From Pseudomonadota bacterium (GTDB lineage Bacteria > Pseudomonadota > Gammaproteobacteria > Chromatiales > Chromatiaceae), in NCBI GenBank assembly GCA_039714735.1, contig JBDLIT010000003.1:8494-72493 (forward strand): 64,000 bases of DNA. Direction: 5' to 3'. Below the pieces are notes generated by a model that did not search any database, was not told the DNA's origin, and saw only the letters and a list, made by a program, of their open reading frames with translations. Position numbers and translations under genes: made by a program. Below, one piece after another: positions 41,914 to 52,886 of the stretch. Position 1 is the first letter of the stretch. Each line of letters begins with the position of its first letter.

Positions 41914-41943
41914 TTGACAAATAGGCCAAATAAAGGCTAGGAT
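41914..41943 (+). promoter_or_regulatory. Candidate sigma-70 promoter of rpmH
   Basis: TTGACA-N18-TAGGAT, about 60 nt upstream of the rpmH ATG. Confidence 0.35.
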
Positions 41944-42005
41944 GCCGCTCTTTTTTCGTTTGCAATCTCATTCGCCTTTTTTGGCGTAACCCTCGGTAAA
42001 GTGTC

Positions 42006-42140
42006 ATGAAAAGAACTTTTCAGCCCAGTAATCTAAAGCGAGTCCGCAACCATGGTTTTCGCGCACGTATGGCTACTCGCAGTGGACGTAAGGTGATTAA
42101 AGCCCGCCGTTCCAAAGGGCGCGCACGTCTGGCTCTATAA
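42006..42140 (+). CDS. rpmH: 50S ribosomal protein L34
   Basis: This gene is absent from the ORF track because it is under 60 aa. My translation is [44 protein letters not shown], the canonical 44-aa L34. Confidence 0.93.
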   Translation: MKRTFQPSNLKRVRNHGFRARMATRSGRKVIKARRSKGRARLAL

Positions 42141-42149
42141 ACCATCTTC

Positions 42150-42515
42150 TTGGCGACAGCTGAAGGGAAGTTTTCCCGACGGAATCGATTGTTGAAACCC
42201 GACGAATACCGTCGGGTTTTTGATTCAGGCGAGCGGTCCGGGGACCGTAATTTTATGGTATTAGCGCGAGCGAATGGTTTGCAGTATGCCCGGCTTGGTT
42301 TGGCTATCACCAAAAAGAAGACAAAGAGGGCAGTGGATCGCAATCGACTGAAACGTCTGGTAAGAGAAAGTTTTCGCTCCCATCAACATTTATTGACGGG
42401 AATGGATCTGGTCGTGCTTAACCAGCGTGGGAAATTATTGGCAACCAACAGTCAATATTATTCATCCCTGTCGCGCCATTGGCAAAAATTGGCTAAAAGA
42501 TGCGCACGCTCTTGA
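42150..42515 (+). CDS. rnpA: Ribonuclease P protein component
   Basis: [17 protein letters not shown]...[29 protein letters not shown] contains the RNR motif. TTG start. Confidence 0.9.
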   Translation: MATAEGKFSRRNRLLKPDEYRRVFDSGERSGDRNFMVLARANGLQYARLGLAITKKKTKRAVDRNRLKRLVRESFRSHQHLLTGMDLVVLNQRGKLLATNSQYYSSLSRHWQKLAKRCARS

Positions 42516-42736
42516 TCGCACTGATTCGGACTTATCAGATCCTTCTCAGTCCATTTCTTGGAAACCACTGCCGCTTCTATCCAAGTTGTTCCAGCTATGC
42601 CGTAGAGGCTTTGGAAAAACACGGTTTTGTAAAGGGCCTATGGTTGTCACTACGCAGGATCTCACACTGTCATCCCTGGCATGAGGGGGGTGTTGATCCA
42701 GTTCCTGAACCCATTAATAAGAAGCATCATGGATAA
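42500..42736 (+). CDS. yidD: Membrane protein insertion efficiency factor YidD
   Basis: [33 protein letters not shown]. It overlaps the rnpA 3' end and the yidC start. Confidence 0.9.
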   Translation: MRTLLIALIRTYQILLSPFLGNHCRFYPSCSSYAVEALEKHGFVKGLWLSLRRISHCHPWHEGGVDPVPEPINKKHHG

Positions 42737-44399
42737 TTTAAGATTAATTCTCTTTTTTGCCTTGGCCTTTATAGGACTCTTGTTGTATCAAGCCTGGGTT
42801 GAAGATTATGGACCAAAACAATCAGCCACTTTTCAACAGCCCTCCCATTCTGAGACTGCCTCCCCTGCGTCTGAGGAGGCTGGCGGAGTCCCAACAGCAG
42901 TAGTTGGGAGTGACAGCTCGCTAACCGCAGATGATTCTGTCCCTGAGATTGGAAGTTCAGCAATCAATCTGGGAAAGAAAATCGTAAAGGTCGAGACAGA
43001 TCTTTTGCGTGTAGAAATATCCAGCAGAGGTGGAACCTTGCAGAGAGCCTCTCTGCTTGATTACCCGGTTTCGCCAGAAACACCGGAAATTAAATTTGAA
43101 CTCTTTTCTACTGATTTACCGGATATTTTCATCGCACAGTCAGGCCTGATTGGCGGTACAGCAGGTCAGGTCCCGACCCATGAAGCCGAGTATAAGATCG
43201 ATCAGACTGAATATGTGCTCGGAAATGATCAGGATCAGTTAAAAGTCACGTTGAGCTGGAGTTCCGGTAACGGCATTGAAGTCAGGAAGCATTATATATT
43301 TAACCGTGGTAGTTACCTGATCGATGTTATCCATGAGATTTCTAATCAGTCAGGCAAGCCGTTGGCTGCCAGAGACTACGCACAATTACAGAGAAGTGAA
43401 CCCGAAAGTCGCTCCGGATTTACCACCTATACCTATACAGGCGGTGTCTATTACAACCCGACAGATAAATATGAGAAGGTCGATTTTGAGGATATGGCGA
43501 AAAAGAGTCTGAGCGTAGACTCAACGGATGGCTGGTTCGCTATCATACAGCACTATTTTCTGGGTGCCTGGATACCGCCTAAGGATCAGTTAGAGCACTA
43601 TTATACTAACAGCCTACCCGGCCCGAAATATCTCATCGGAAGTTACTCGCCATCATTATCACTGGTCGATGGCGGCACACACCAGTTTGAGAAAAAACTG
43701 TATGTAGGACCGAAGCTGCATGATGAACTCCAGAGCATCGCTCAAGGTTTGGAACTGTCCGTAGATTATGGTTGGTTGACTGTGCTGGCCGAACCCATCT
43801 TCTGGTTGCTTAAATTCATTCATAGTTGGGTCGGAAATTGGGGTTGGTCGATCATTCTCCTCACCATTCTTATCAAGGCGGCCTTCTACAAGTTGTCAGA
43901 GACCAGCTACAAGTCTATGGCGAATATGCGAAAAGTGACGCCAAGACTGCAGGCCCTGAAGGATCGTTATGGAGATGACAAGCAGCGTCTCAACCAGGCC
44001 ATGATGGAGATGTATAAGAAGGAGAAGATCAATCCCCTGGGCGGATGTTTGCCAATTCTTGTACAGATCCCGGTGTTTATCGCACTCTACTGGGTATTGC
44101 TGGAGAGCGTTGAATTGCGGCATGCGCCTTTTATCCTTTGGATCAATAATCTGTCTGCAAAAGACCCCTACTTTATCCTCCCCCTAATCATGGGCGTCTC
44201 GATGTTTGTTCAGCAAAAACTGAATCCGGCGCCACCTGATCCCATGCAGGCTAAAATCATGATGAGCCTGCCATTCGTATTTACGATCTTCTTTGCATTT
44301 TTCCCGGCAGGTCTGGTGCTTTATTGGGTAGTGAATAACCTCATTTCGATCGCACAGCAGTGGTATATCACGAATAAAATCGAAAAGGCCGCCAAATAG
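42729..44399 (+). CDS. yidC: Membrane protein insertase YidC
   Basis: [23 protein letters not shown], a large periplasmic P1 domain, and the C-terminal conserved region [20 protein letters not shown]. The ATG at 42729 is preferred over the start at 42681. Confidence 0.95.
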   Translation: MDNLRLILFFALAFIGLLLYQAWVEDYGPKQSATFQQPSHSETASPASEEAGGVPTAVVGSDSSLTADDSVPEIGSSAINLGKKIVKVETDLLRVEISSRGGTLQRASLLDYPVSPETPEIKFELFSTDLPDIFIAQSGLIGGTAGQVPTHEAEYKIDQTEYVLGNDQDQLKVTLSWSSGNGIEVRKHYIFNRGSYLIDVIHEISNQSGKPLAARDYAQLQRSEPESRSGFTTYTYTGGVYYNPTDKYEKVDFEDMAKKSLSVDSTDGWFAIIQHYFLGAWIPPKDQLEHYYTNSLPGPKYLIGSYSPSLSLVDGGTHQFEKKLYVGPKLHDELQSIAQGLELSVDYGWLTVLAEPIFWLLKFIHSWVGNWGWSIILLTILIKAAFYKLSETSYKSMANMRKVTPRLQALKDRYGDDKQRLNQAMMEMYKKEKINPLGGCLPILVQIPVFIALYWVLLESVELRHAPFILWINNLSAKDPYFILPLIMGVSMFVQQKLNPAPPDPMQAKIMMSLPFVFTIFFAFFPAGLVLYWVVNNLISIAQQWYITNKIEKAAK

Positions 44400-44406
44400 T
44401 AAAGAG

Positions 44407-45753
44407 TTGCCGACTCGTGACACTATAGTCGCTATTGCGACCCCACCTGGACGGGGTGGGGTCGGAATTGTCCGTATCAGTGGACCTCTCGTTCAAGCCA
44501 TCTCTCAAGGGATAGTTGGCCTGCTTCCTGTACCGAGAGTAGCAAAGTATTGCCGCTTTCATGATGCCGATGAGCAGGTGCTCGATGCAGGCATAGTCAT
44601 CTATTTTCCCTCTCCCCACTCCTTTACCGGCGAACACGTGCTGGAGCTTCAGGGGCATGGCGGCCCGGTGATCATGGATTTGTTGATGCAGCAGGTCCTG
44701 CAACTGGGCGCTCGAGTCGCAAGGCCTGGAGAGTTTAGTGAGAGGGCATTTTTAAACGGTAAACTGGATCTTGCACAGGCTGAAGCCATTGCTGATCTGA
44801 TCGATGCCGATACCCGTTCCGCCGCTCGTCTTGCCTGCAGGACACTGCAAGGTGTCTTTTCAAAAAAGATCCATCAGCTGGTAGAGCGATTAATCCATCT
44901 GCGACTCTATGTAGAATCAGCCATCGACTTTCCTGAGGAGGAGATCGACTACCTTACTGATGGGAAAGTAAGCACTGACTTACAGTCAATCATCAATGAT
45001 GTAAGGATTGTTCAGCGGAGTGCAAAAACAGGTAGATTGTTGCGTGATGGAATTTCCCTGGTCATCGCAGGCCGTCCAAATTCAGGTAAATCAAGTCTGC
45101 TGAATGCCCTGGCTGGCGAGGATTCGGCTATTGTCACCGAGATCCCCGGCACCACACGCGATCTATTACGGGAGCGTATCCAGATTGATGGTATGCCGAT
45201 ACACATTATCGATACAGCCGGTTTGCGAGAGAGTGATGACCCGGTTGAAATCGAGGGGATGCGTCGCGCCCGAACAGAAATAAGTCAGGCCGACCAGATT
45301 CTTTGGGTGTTTGATGACAGATCAGACCCTGAGCATCTGGCTCTCGACCGTACAACGTTGCCTGAAGACGCGCCGCTGATCTTAGTGCGAAACAAGATTG
45401 ATCTGAGTCAGAAGTCGGCAGGTCTCATACAGACTGATTCTGGTGTGGAGATCTCCCTGTCAGCGAAGTATGGTGATGGGATTGAGGATCTGAAAAACCA
45501 CATCAAACAGAGTGTAGGATTAGGCGAAACCAGTGAAGGTGAGTTTATCGCCAGACGCCGGCATCTGTTGGCATTGGAGCAGGCCATGCAGCATCTACAG
45601 CAAGGAGATGTTGTGTTGAAGCAGCAGTCGGCGGGAGAGTTATTGGCTGAGGAGTTGCGGCTGACACAGCAGGCTCTGGGTGAGATAACCGGTGAATTTA
45701 GCGCCGATGATCTGTTAGGCAGGATTTTTTCTACCTTTTGTATTGGAAAATAG
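44407..45753 (+). CDS. mnmE: tRNA modification GTPase MnmE
   Basis: [23 protein letters not shown]1 motif [12 protein letters not shown], and the C-terminal FCIGK motif. TTG start. Confidence 0.95.
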   Translation: MPTRDTIVAIATPPGRGGVGIVRISGPLVQAISQGIVGLLPVPRVAKYCRFHDADEQVLDAGIVIYFPSPHSFTGEHVLELQGHGGPVIMDLLMQQVLQLGARVARPGEFSERAFLNGKLDLAQAEAIADLIDADTRSAARLACRTLQGVFSKKIHQLVERLIHLRLYVESAIDFPEEEIDYLTDGKVSTDLQSIINDVRIVQRSAKTGRLLRDGISLVIAGRPNSGKSSLLNALAGEDSAIVTEIPGTTRDLLRERIQIDGMPIHIIDTAGLRESDDPVEIEGMRRARTEISQADQILWVFDDRSDPEHLALDRTTLPEDAPLILVRNKIDLSQKSAGLIQTDSGVEISLSAKYGDGIEDLKNHIKQSVGLGETSEGEFIARRRHLLALEQAMQHLQQGDVVLKQQSAGELLAEELRLTQQALGEITGEFSADDLLGRIFSTFCIGK

Positions 45754-45840
45754 TCTGGATATAATGTCTGTGCATTGCTAAGTAGCTACGGCTACAGATA
45801 AAATTGCCTGCTTAAAATAATTATTTAGAGGAGACCTACC

Positions 45841-46077
45841 ATGTTGGGAGAATCCCATCAGTTACTGCTTGAATTTCCTGAACATATCGAAAAAATTGCC
45901 GACTTACGCGCAAATAATGAAGTTTTTCACCACTTGATGGATGAATATGACTGGCTTGACGCACACGTCCGTAGTCTTGAAGAGGTGAAAACACCGGTTT
46001 CAGATTTTCATATCGAAGAGATGAAGAAGCGCCGTGTGCATCTCAAAGATAAGCTCTACATATTAATAACCAGCTGA
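45841..46077 (+). CDS. DUF465 (YdcH-like) small protein
   Basis: 78 aa. The HLMDEYDWLDAHVRSLE...EEMKKRRVHLKDKLY pattern is typical of the YdcH/DUF465 family. Confidence 0.65.
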   Translation: MLGESHQLLLEFPEHIEKIADLRANNEVFHHLMDEYDWLDAHVRSLEEVKTPVSDFHIEEMKKRRVHLKDKLYILITS

Positions 46078-46080
46078 TTA

Positions 46081-48066
46081 TCAGCCGGAATATTTTCTAG
46101 GTCTGAAGCCTCTGACCAGACGCTTGAATTCCAGCATGGCCGTCCTGGGTGTTGCCTCCGCATAGCGGAGTCTGATGTAGATTCCAAATAGCTTCTGAGT
46201 TTGTGCAGAGAGATCGGGTCGAGCTGAGGCAACTCTTTTAGAGAAGTCCAATGGCCCCTCGCTGGATCTACGGGGCAGGCCAACCCGTGCGAGCTTATTA
46301 CAAAGTATATGGTAGCTTCTCACGACTGGCGTTACTTTCAACCGGCCCTTCAGAAGAATAAAGACGGTGGTCAGCAGAAGTAACAGTCCAATCAAGGCTG
46401 CCAACAGACTGGCCCATTCCCAGCCTTTGGTGAAATCAAAGCCGAAATTATTCAGCAGGCTGGATTGATGTTGGCGATTGTAACCGATGATCCATCGTCT
46501 CCAGCTGAGATTGGCGGCATCCATGACCAGATCTATATGGCCTAAAAAAGAGCTCAGTACTCCACCGCCATCTATTTGAAAAAGTACTGGCGAACCGATA
46601 CCTGAGAAGTCGAATTGGATGGCGTGCCTCACTCTTTCAGGCGCGACTGCAGCCGTTGGATCTATGCGCGTCCAGCCTATTGACTCCAGCCAGACTTCGG
46701 TCCAGGCATGTGCATCGGATTGGCGGATGATGAAGTAATCCCCCAGGGGATTGTATTCACCGCCTTGATAGCCGATTACCATGCGAGTAGGAATTCCTGC
46801 AGTCCGCATCAACTGGGTGAAGCTAATGGCATAGTGTTCACAGAACCCTTCTTTACCCTCGAACAGGAATTCGTCGATTGGGTTACTGAGATAGAGCGGT
46901 GGAGCCAGCGTATAGACATAAGGCTGTGTGTTAAAATAATTCAGCGCATGACGAACAACCTCCGCATGATTTTTTGATCTGCGTAACCAGTTCTCGACCA
47001 GATCGATTTGACGCTGTGTGACATTGTCGGGAGTCGCCAGAGCCCGTTGCATGGCGTTCTGAGCAGGCCTCTCAGTAAGATATCCGGCATGCGAGACCAT
47101 CTGATATTTTCGGGGTTGATTGACAGACTGATTGGCGATCAGCAGATAATCAGCAGTGAATCTACTACCTTGCGGCGCAGTGGCAGGTAGGTCCAGACTG
47201 TACAACCATTTTTTGTAGTGGGGTTCCAGCTGTATTTCGTATCTGTAAGACTTTTCAGTATCTTGAAGTCCTGGAGGTTGATTCGAAGGTTTCGGGGCCG
47301 TTTGATTGAACCACTCGAACCCATCCGAGTCCCATAGCACCAGGCCGCGCCAATAGCGCTCCTCAGGTAATGGCGTCTGGCCAAAGAATTTTACTCTGAA
47401 TGCAACTGCGGGCGATAGGATTAGCTGACTGATACTGCCTGGAGATACCCGATCGTCCAAGCCTGTGAGTCCACTTCCAGTATGGAAGCTTAAATGCCAG
47501 AGTGGCTGGCTGATGCGCGGGAAAAGAAGGAAGAGGATGGCTGCAATGGGGATTGCCTGCAAGGTAATGGTTAGTGTCGATTTCAAGGGCTCCAATAGTC
47601 GCCTTGAAGGAATAGTCCGGTTGATTTCCAGCAATAAGGCAGTAATACAGACGACCATGCAGAGCAGATAGAGTGTCAGTAGAAAGGATTGACTGAATAG
47701 AAACTGGGTGACGATGATGAAATAACTCATGAAGCAGGCCACATAGATGTCACGCTGCTTCCTCAGTTCCATCAGTTTGAGCGTCAACATGATGGTAAGC
47801 AGGGATACCCCGGCGTCCCGCCCCATCAGGGTCTGGTGTTGACTGTAGACCAGCAAGACCCCAGTTATGGTCAGCAGGCCCAGAAAAAACCGACCTGGGC
47901 TAAGTTGCGGAATTGTCAGACTGATAAATCGCCAGATGGCGAGTAAAATGAAAAACAGGCTGAGCATTATGGGCAAATGTAAGGTATGTGGCAGGGTTGC
48001 CATGACAGCCAGGATAAGAACGATGCGCAGGATTTCAGGTTTTATGCAATCTGTCTGGGTTTTCAT
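46081..48066 (-). CDS. Transglutaminase-domain membrane protein (TgpA-like; DUF3488 N-domain)
   Basis: The N-terminal half is multi-TM. The transglutaminase core has the catalytic Cys/His/Asp context GFCEHYAISFTQLMRTAGIPTRMVIGY...DAHAWTEVW. There is a C-terminal TM plus a DUF4129-like tail. Confidence 0.85.
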   Translation of the reverse strand: MKTQTDCIKPEILRIVLILAVMATLPHTLHLPIMLSLFFILLAIWRFISLTIPQLSPGRFFLGLLTITGVLLVYSQHQTLMGRDAGVSLLTIMLTLKLMELRKQRDIYVACFMSYFIIVTQFLFSQSFLLTLYLLCMVVCITALLLEINRTIPSRRLLEPLKSTLTITLQAIPIAAILFLLFPRISQPLWHLSFHTGSGLTGLDDRVSPGSISQLILSPAVAFRVKFFGQTPLPEERYWRGLVLWDSDGFEWFNQTAPKPSNQPPGLQDTEKSYRYEIQLEPHYKKWLYSLDLPATAPQGSRFTADYLLIANQSVNQPRKYQMVSHAGYLTERPAQNAMQRALATPDNVTQRQIDLVENWLRRSKNHAEVVRHALNYFNTQPYVYTLAPPLYLSNPIDEFLFEGKEGFCEHYAISFTQLMRTAGIPTRMVIGYQGGEYNPLGDYFIIRQSDAHAWTEVWLESIGWTRIDPTAAVAPERVRHAIQFDFSGIGSPVLFQIDGGGVLSSFLGHIDLVMDAANLSWRRWIIGYNRQHQSSLLNNFGFDFTKGWEWASLLAALIGLLLLLTTVFILLKGRLKVTPVVRSYHILCNKLARVGLPRRSSEGPLDFSKRVASARPDLSAQTQKLFGIYIRLRYAEATPRTAMLEFKRLVRGFRPRKYSG

Positions 48067-49028
48067 GAGGCGACCTGAAATCTTGCCAGAGTCGCTAGAC
48101 TTCGCTGTTTATGCGCCTCATCAAGGCCTGCTGGAATTGTAATGCCGGGGAGTTTAAGGCTGTAGACCAGCTGCCGTTCATGAGCCAGCAGGACATAACG
48201 GCACAGCCTGCTCAATCGCACTTCAGGGTCAGGATCATCCAACAGATCCCAGTCGATACTGATCTGCTCATTACGGTCACCCCCAAACAATTTGGTATAG
48301 AGACCCCGCTCCCGAGCCATCGCCTTCCAGTCGATGTGTCTTGGAGAGTCACCATATCTGAAACTGCGCAGGCCGATAAAATCATCTGCACCCACACCCC
48401 TGTCGCCGGCATCACTGCGGTTGTAGCGAGTCTCTGTTGGTGGTTCACCCTGGGTTGACGGTGCAGGGTATACCAGGCAGGTCAATTCGACGTGTGCATA
48501 GGTCCAGGCATGGAAGAGACCTAGGGGATATCGAGAGTGAATGCTCACATTTCCAAGTGTCAATGCTCCTCGATGAGTGGCTGTAAGGGGTACGATCAGC
48601 TGTTTTGATGCTCGTTTTGCAAGGTCGCATGCATCACTGCTGCCGCCCTTGGCCGTGACGAAGATGCCGAAACGCGACAGTTCCGAAGGATTTTCCAGGA
48701 GCAGATTGAAGCCAGCCTCCTGTCCGGCAAAGACGGATGTCACATGGTGTGGTGAGAGACACAGACCCAAAATATTCCGCCAGGTATGCAGGATGCTCGT
48801 GAGCCAGATACCACCCAGCAGGAAGGTCACCAGATAACCGAGGTTACTGCTGTAGTTGACCGAGCCAATGAGCATCAGGAACAGAACCAGGGCCAGCACC
48901 ACGCCCTGTTTGGTTGGCATGATATAGATACTTCGGGCGCGTATCCGGGCGCGTCCATGGCGGTCAGTTCTAGCAGTGCGTCGGAATGACCTGAACCATT
49001 GCCTGATCTTGTCAAGATTCATGATCAA
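48063..49028 (-). CDS. DUF58-domain protein (MoxR-associated, vWA-like)
   Basis: DDFIGLRSFRYGDSPRHIDWKAMAR is the DUF58 signature. The gene overlaps both neighbours by 4 nt. Confidence 0.8.
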   Translation of the reverse strand: MIMNLDKIRQWFRSFRRTARTDRHGRARIRARSIYIMPTKQGVVLALVLFLMLIGSVNYSSNLGYLVTFLLGGIWLTSILHTWRNILGLCLSPHHVTSVFAGQEAGFNLLLENPSELSRFGIFVTAKGGSSDACDLAKRASKQLIVPLTATHRGALTLGNVSIHSRYPLGLFHAWTYAHVELTCLVYPAPSTQGEPPTETRYNRSDAGDRGVGADDFIGLRSFRYGDSPRHIDWKAMARERGLYTKLFGGDRNEQISIDWDLLDDPDPEVRLSRLCRYVLLAHERQLVYSLKLPGITIPAGLDEAHKQRSLATLARFQVAS

Positions 49029-49942
49029 GGCACAGGAACCGCATCCAGGAGCTCATGAGCCAGGCTCGAATGATTGGCGGTGTCTGGGTCGGCCAGAGGC
49101 TGTAAGCGATGGCCGACTGTAGCGGGTAGTATTGTCTGAAGATCTTCCGGCAGAACCTCTTTTCGATTTTCCAGCAGGGCCCAGGCCTTCGCGCTTTGCA
49201 GAAGCGCAAGACCTGCCCGGGGTGAGAGGCCATGCCGGTAAGCGGGAGAATTTCTTGTATAGGCGATGATATCCTGACAATAGTCGAGCAAGGCATCCGA
49301 TACGAATACCTGACTGACCTGTTGCTGGAGTCTGGCCAACTCCTCCGGTAACAGAATGGCGGGTTGCTGGTCGAGCATGTCCCTTCTGTCTGCACCGGTC
49401 AAAAGATCGCGCTCTGCTGTTCTATCCGGATAACCGATCTGCACGCGCATCAGAAAGCGGTCGAGCTGTGACTCCGGTAGAGGGAAGGTACCCACCTGGT
49501 GGCTGGGATTCTGCGTGGCGACGACAAAGAAGGGTTCGGGTAGTTGGCGGGTTTCACCGTCGCTGGTGACCTGTCCCTCCTCCATCGCCTCGAGCAGTGC
49601 GCTCTGTGCTTTAGGGGTGGCGCGGTTGATCTCGTCGGCCAGCACCAGTTGTGCAAACACCGGCCCCTGATGGAATCTGAAGGCCTGTTTATCCCGGTCA
49701 TACACGGAAACTCCTAGAATATCCGAGGGCAACAGGTCACTGGTGAACTGGATTCGTTGGTAATCCAGTCCAAACAATCTGGCCAGGGTATGCGCCAGTG
49801 TGGTCTTGCCGACCCCGGGTAGATCCTCGATCAATAGGTGCCCCCGCGCCAGTAGGCATGCAATCGAAAGCCGGATCACCCCTTCCTTGCCCAGCAGAAT
49901 GCCACCCGCGACGTCGATAATCCTGTTCAGCTGAGTTGTCAT
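49025..49942 (-). CDS. MoxR-family AAA+ ATPase
   Basis: [16 protein letters not shown] (Walker A), [23 protein letters not shown] (Walker B/sensor) and VVATQNP. Confidence 0.9.
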   Translation of the reverse strand: MTTQLNRIIDVAGGILLGKEGVIRLSIACLLARGHLLIEDLPGVGKTTLAHTLARLFGLDYQRIQFTSDLLPSDILGVSVYDRDKQAFRFHQGPVFAQLVLADEINRATPKAQSALLEAMEEGQVTSDGETRQLPEPFFVVATQNPSHQVGTFPLPESQLDRFLMRVQIGYPDRTAERDLLTGADRRDMLDQQPAILLPEELARLQQQVSQVFVSDALLDYCQDIIAYTRNSPAYRHGLSPRAGLALLQSAKAWALLENRKEVLPEDLQTILPATVGHRLQPLADPDTANHSSLAHELLDAVPVP

Positions 49943-50014
49943 GCCCTACCCTCAATGACGATTTTGCATCTTATCGGCTAAAATAGCCGTTTTTTCAATC
50001 ATACCGGGCAATCG

Positions 50015-51889
50015 ATGTTTTTTACCCATGCATACGACGTGATTGTGGTCGGCGGTGGCCATGCAGGTACTGAGGCTGCCTTGGCTAGTGCCCGCATGGG
50101 CGCAAAAACCCTCCTGTTGACCCACAACATAGAGACCCTGGGGCAGATGAGCTGCAATCCAGCCATTGGCGGGATTGGTAAGGGCCATCTGGTGAAGGAA
50201 GTGGATGCACTGGGTGGCATCATGGCCCATGCGGCGGACCTGGGGGGTATCCAGTTCCGTATCCTGAATTCGCGCAAAGGGCCCGCAGTTCGCGCCACCC
50301 GCGCCCAGGCAGACCGTGTGCGCTACAAGGCAGCGATTCGGCATGCCCTTGAGAATCAACCCAACCTCGAGCTGTTCCAGCAGTCGGTGGATGATCTTCT
50401 GGTGGAAGGGGACCGGGTTTCCGGCGTGGTCACACAGATGGGTCTAAAATTCCGCGCCAGATCTGTGGTGTTGACGGTCGGAACCTTTCTGGGAGGGAGA
50501 ATCCATATCGGTCTGTCCAATCATGCTGGGGGACGAGCCGGGGATCCACCGGCGAATGCCTTCTCCCGCCGCTTGCGGGAATTGCCCTTCAGCGTGGAAC
50601 GGCTGAAAACCGGCACCCCACCCCGCATCGACGGCCGCAGCATTGACTATTCACAGCTGCAGGCCCAGCCGGGGGATGATCCAACCCCGGTTTTTTCCTA
50701 TCTGGGCAGTGCCGAGCAGCATCCGCGTCAGGTCAATTGCCATATCACCCACACCAATCAGCAGACCCATGACATCATTCGTGGGGGAATGTCCCGCTCA
50801 CCCATGTATACCGGTGTCATTGAGGGGGTGGGCCCCCGTTACTGTCCGTCGATCGAGGATAAGATCGTACGCTTCGCAGACAAAAACTCACATCAGATCT
50901 TTATCGAACCTGAGGGCCTGGATACCCATGAGGTCTATCCCAATGGCATCTCGACCAGCCTGCCCTTCGATGTGCAGCTGGATCTGGTGCGTTCCATGCG
51001 GGGCTTCGAAAATGCCCATATCACCCGGCCGGGTTATGCGATCGAGTATGATTTTTTCGATCCAAGGGATCTGAAGGCTTCACTGGAAACCAAACATATT
51101 CAGGGCTTGTTCTTTGCCGGGCAGATCAATGGTACGACAGGCTACGAGGAAGCCGCAGCCCAGGGTCTGCTGGCTGGATTGAATGCGGTACGCTTGGCCC
51201 GCGAAGAAGAGACCTGGAGCCCGCGGCGTGACGAGGCCTACCTGGGCGTCATGGTGGATGATCTGATCACCCGCGGGACGCTTGAACCTTACCGCATGTT
51301 TACCAGCCGGGCTGAATACCGTTTGTTGCTGCGCGAGGACAATGCAGATCTGCGTCTTACTGAGACTGGGCGTGAGCTGGGGCTGGTGGATGACAGGCGT
51401 TGGGCCATCTTCGCCAGGAAAAAAGAGGCCATAGTGCAGGAACAACAGCGCCTGCAGAGCATCTGGCTACGCCCGGTGGATCTGAATCAGGCCGACTCAC
51501 AACGACTGCTTGGAGCCGAACTGACCAAGGAGGTACGGGCCCTGAGTCTGCTGGCGCGACCCAACGTGAGTTACAGGAAGCTGATGGAGCTGGAGAAACT
51601 GGGACCAGGGGTGAGAGATCCACAGGTGATCGAACAGCTCGAGGTGCAGGCAAAATATGCGGGCTATATCGACCGCCAGCAGGATGAGATCGAACGCCAG
51701 CGAGCCAATGAAAAGGTCGTACTACCGATCGATTTTGACTATGAAAATGTGCGCGGTCTCTCCTCTGAGGTAAAAGAAAAATTTCAACGCCAGCGCCCTG
51801 AGACCCTGGGCCAGGCCGGTCGTATCCCCGGCGTGACACCCGCAGCAATTTCACTGTTGCTGATCCATCTGAAAAAACAGTCGGCCTGA
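50015..51889 (+). CDS. mnmG: tRNA uridine 5-carboxymethylaminomethyl modification enzyme MnmG (GidA)
   Basis: [40 protein letters not shown] and [11 protein letters not shown]. Confidence 0.97.
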   Translation: MFFTHAYDVIVVGGGHAGTEAALASARMGAKTLLLTHNIETLGQMSCNPAIGGIGKGHLVKEVDALGGIMAHAADLGGIQFRILNSRKGPAVRATRAQADRVRYKAAIRHALENQPNLELFQQSVDDLLVEGDRVSGVVTQMGLKFRARSVVLTVGTFLGGRIHIGLSNHAGGRAGDPPANAFSRRLRELPFSVERLKTGTPPRIDGRSIDYSQLQAQPGDDPTPVFSYLGSAEQHPRQVNCHITHTNQQTHDIIRGGMSRSPMYTGVIEGVGPRYCPSIEDKIVRFADKNSHQIFIEPEGLDTHEVYPNGISTSLPFDVQLDLVRSMRGFENAHITRPGYAIEYDFFDPRDLKASLETKHIQGLFFAGQINGTTGYEEAAAQGLLAGLNAVRLAREEETWSPRRDEAYLGVMVDDLITRGTLEPYRMFTSRAEYRLLLREDNADLRLTETGRELGLVDDRRWAIFARKKEAIVQEQQRLQSIWLRPVDLNQADSQRLLGAELTKEVRALSLLARPNVSYRKLMELEKLGPGVRDPQVIEQLEVQAKYAGYIDRQQDEIERQRANEKVVLPIDFDYENVRGLSSEVKEKFQRQRPETLGQAGRIPGVTPAAISLLLIHLKKQSA

Positions 51890-52533
51890 TGTCTGAAGTT
51901 CCAATCAAGCCGGCATGGATCAGGAGGTTGGATGATGGATTGAAGACCCTTGATTTATCACTTCCAGCCGAGGTAAGTAAGCAGTTACTTCAGTTTATAG
52001 CCCTGCTGATCAAGTGGAATCGGGCCTACAATCTGACCGCGATTAAAGACCCGCTGGAGATGGTGGATCGCCATCTCATCGACAGTCTGTCTATCTTGGG
52101 TTATGTGCAAGGCAGCCATATCCTGGATATGGGAACGGGGCCTGGGCTGCCTGGCATACCCCTTGCCCTGGCCTTGCCTGAGAGCCGTTTTGTGCTCCTC
52201 GACAGCAACCGTAAAAAGATCCGTTTTGTGCGCCAGGCAATGATGGAACTGGGTCTGGAGAATATTCAACCGGTACAGGCGAGGATCGAGAGCTATCATT
52301 CGGAGTTACCGTTCGACTGCCTGATTTCACGAGCCTTCACATCGCTGCCGAATATGCTGGCGCTGACCAAGTCAGTACTAGGAGAACACACCCGGCTCCT
52401 GGCCATGAAAGGTAGTATTCCGCAAGATGAAATCGATCAGATCACACCGCAGTATCAGGCCACGGCGGTAGCCTTGAAGGTTCCCGCCAGACTGGGTGAG
52501 AGACACCTGATTGTGATTTCCAAGAGCACTTGA
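51889..52533 (+). CDS. rsmG: 16S rRNA (guanine527-N7)-methyltransferase RsmG (GidB)
   Basis: WNRAYNLTAIKDP...HLIDSL, and the SAM motif ILDMGTGPGLPGIPLA. Confidence 0.93.
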   Translation: MSEVPIKPAWIRRLDDGLKTLDLSLPAEVSKQLLQFIALLIKWNRAYNLTAIKDPLEMVDRHLIDSLSILGYVQGSHILDMGTGPGLPGIPLALALPESRFVLLDSNRKKIRFVRQAMMELGLENIQPVQARIESYHSELPFDCLISRAFTSLPNMLALTKSVLGEHTRLLAMKGSIPQDEIDQITPQYQATAVALKVPARLGERHLIVISKST

Positions 52534-52541
52534 TTGATGAT

Positions 52542-52778
52542 CCTAGATTCTGCAGTTGACCACTCCATTCTACTATTAACGAGTTGAATTCATGTGTATT
52601 TTGTTCGATAGACCAACTCACCCGCTGGGTGAACCACGCTACGAGGTAGATTGCATGTTTTTGGCGGCACATGTCTTCGTTACAACTTCTTGGAATAGAA
52701 TAACTATTCCGCGTCGTTGCGCCTCGACCTGCCCCCCCCAAAACGAGCACTCTACCCCGTCCAACTGCAGATTCTAGG
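52542..52778 (+). mobile_element. MITE-like 237-bp element, copy B
   Basis: It has the same architecture and orientation as copy A and starts 9 nt after the rsmG stop. Ends are CCTAGATTCTGCAGTTGA / TCCAACTGCAGATTCTAGG. It retains the central GGAATAG-aataa-CTATTCC hairpin. Confidence 0.75.
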
Positions 52779-52886
52779 ATGGCAATAGCGGTGAAATAAA
52801 TAAAAACTTATCGTCTCCAGGTGTACCACTCTGGTATTCCTGAGGCTATTATAGTTTGTCTATAATCTTTTCCAGTTGAATACCTC

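Noticed and set aside
42427-42684. An 85-aa ORF spanning the rnpA/yidD junction.
   Set aside because: It is out of frame with, and fully overlapped by, the well-supported rnpA and yidD genes.
49952-50359. A 135-aa ORF antisense to the 5' end of mnmG.
   Set aside because: It is a shadow ORF of a highly conserved gene with no independent signals.
52592-52777. A 61-aa ORF inside MITE-like copy B.
   Set aside because: The frame is not preserved in copy A, because substitutions and indels break it. There is no RBS, and the sequence is explained by the repeat.
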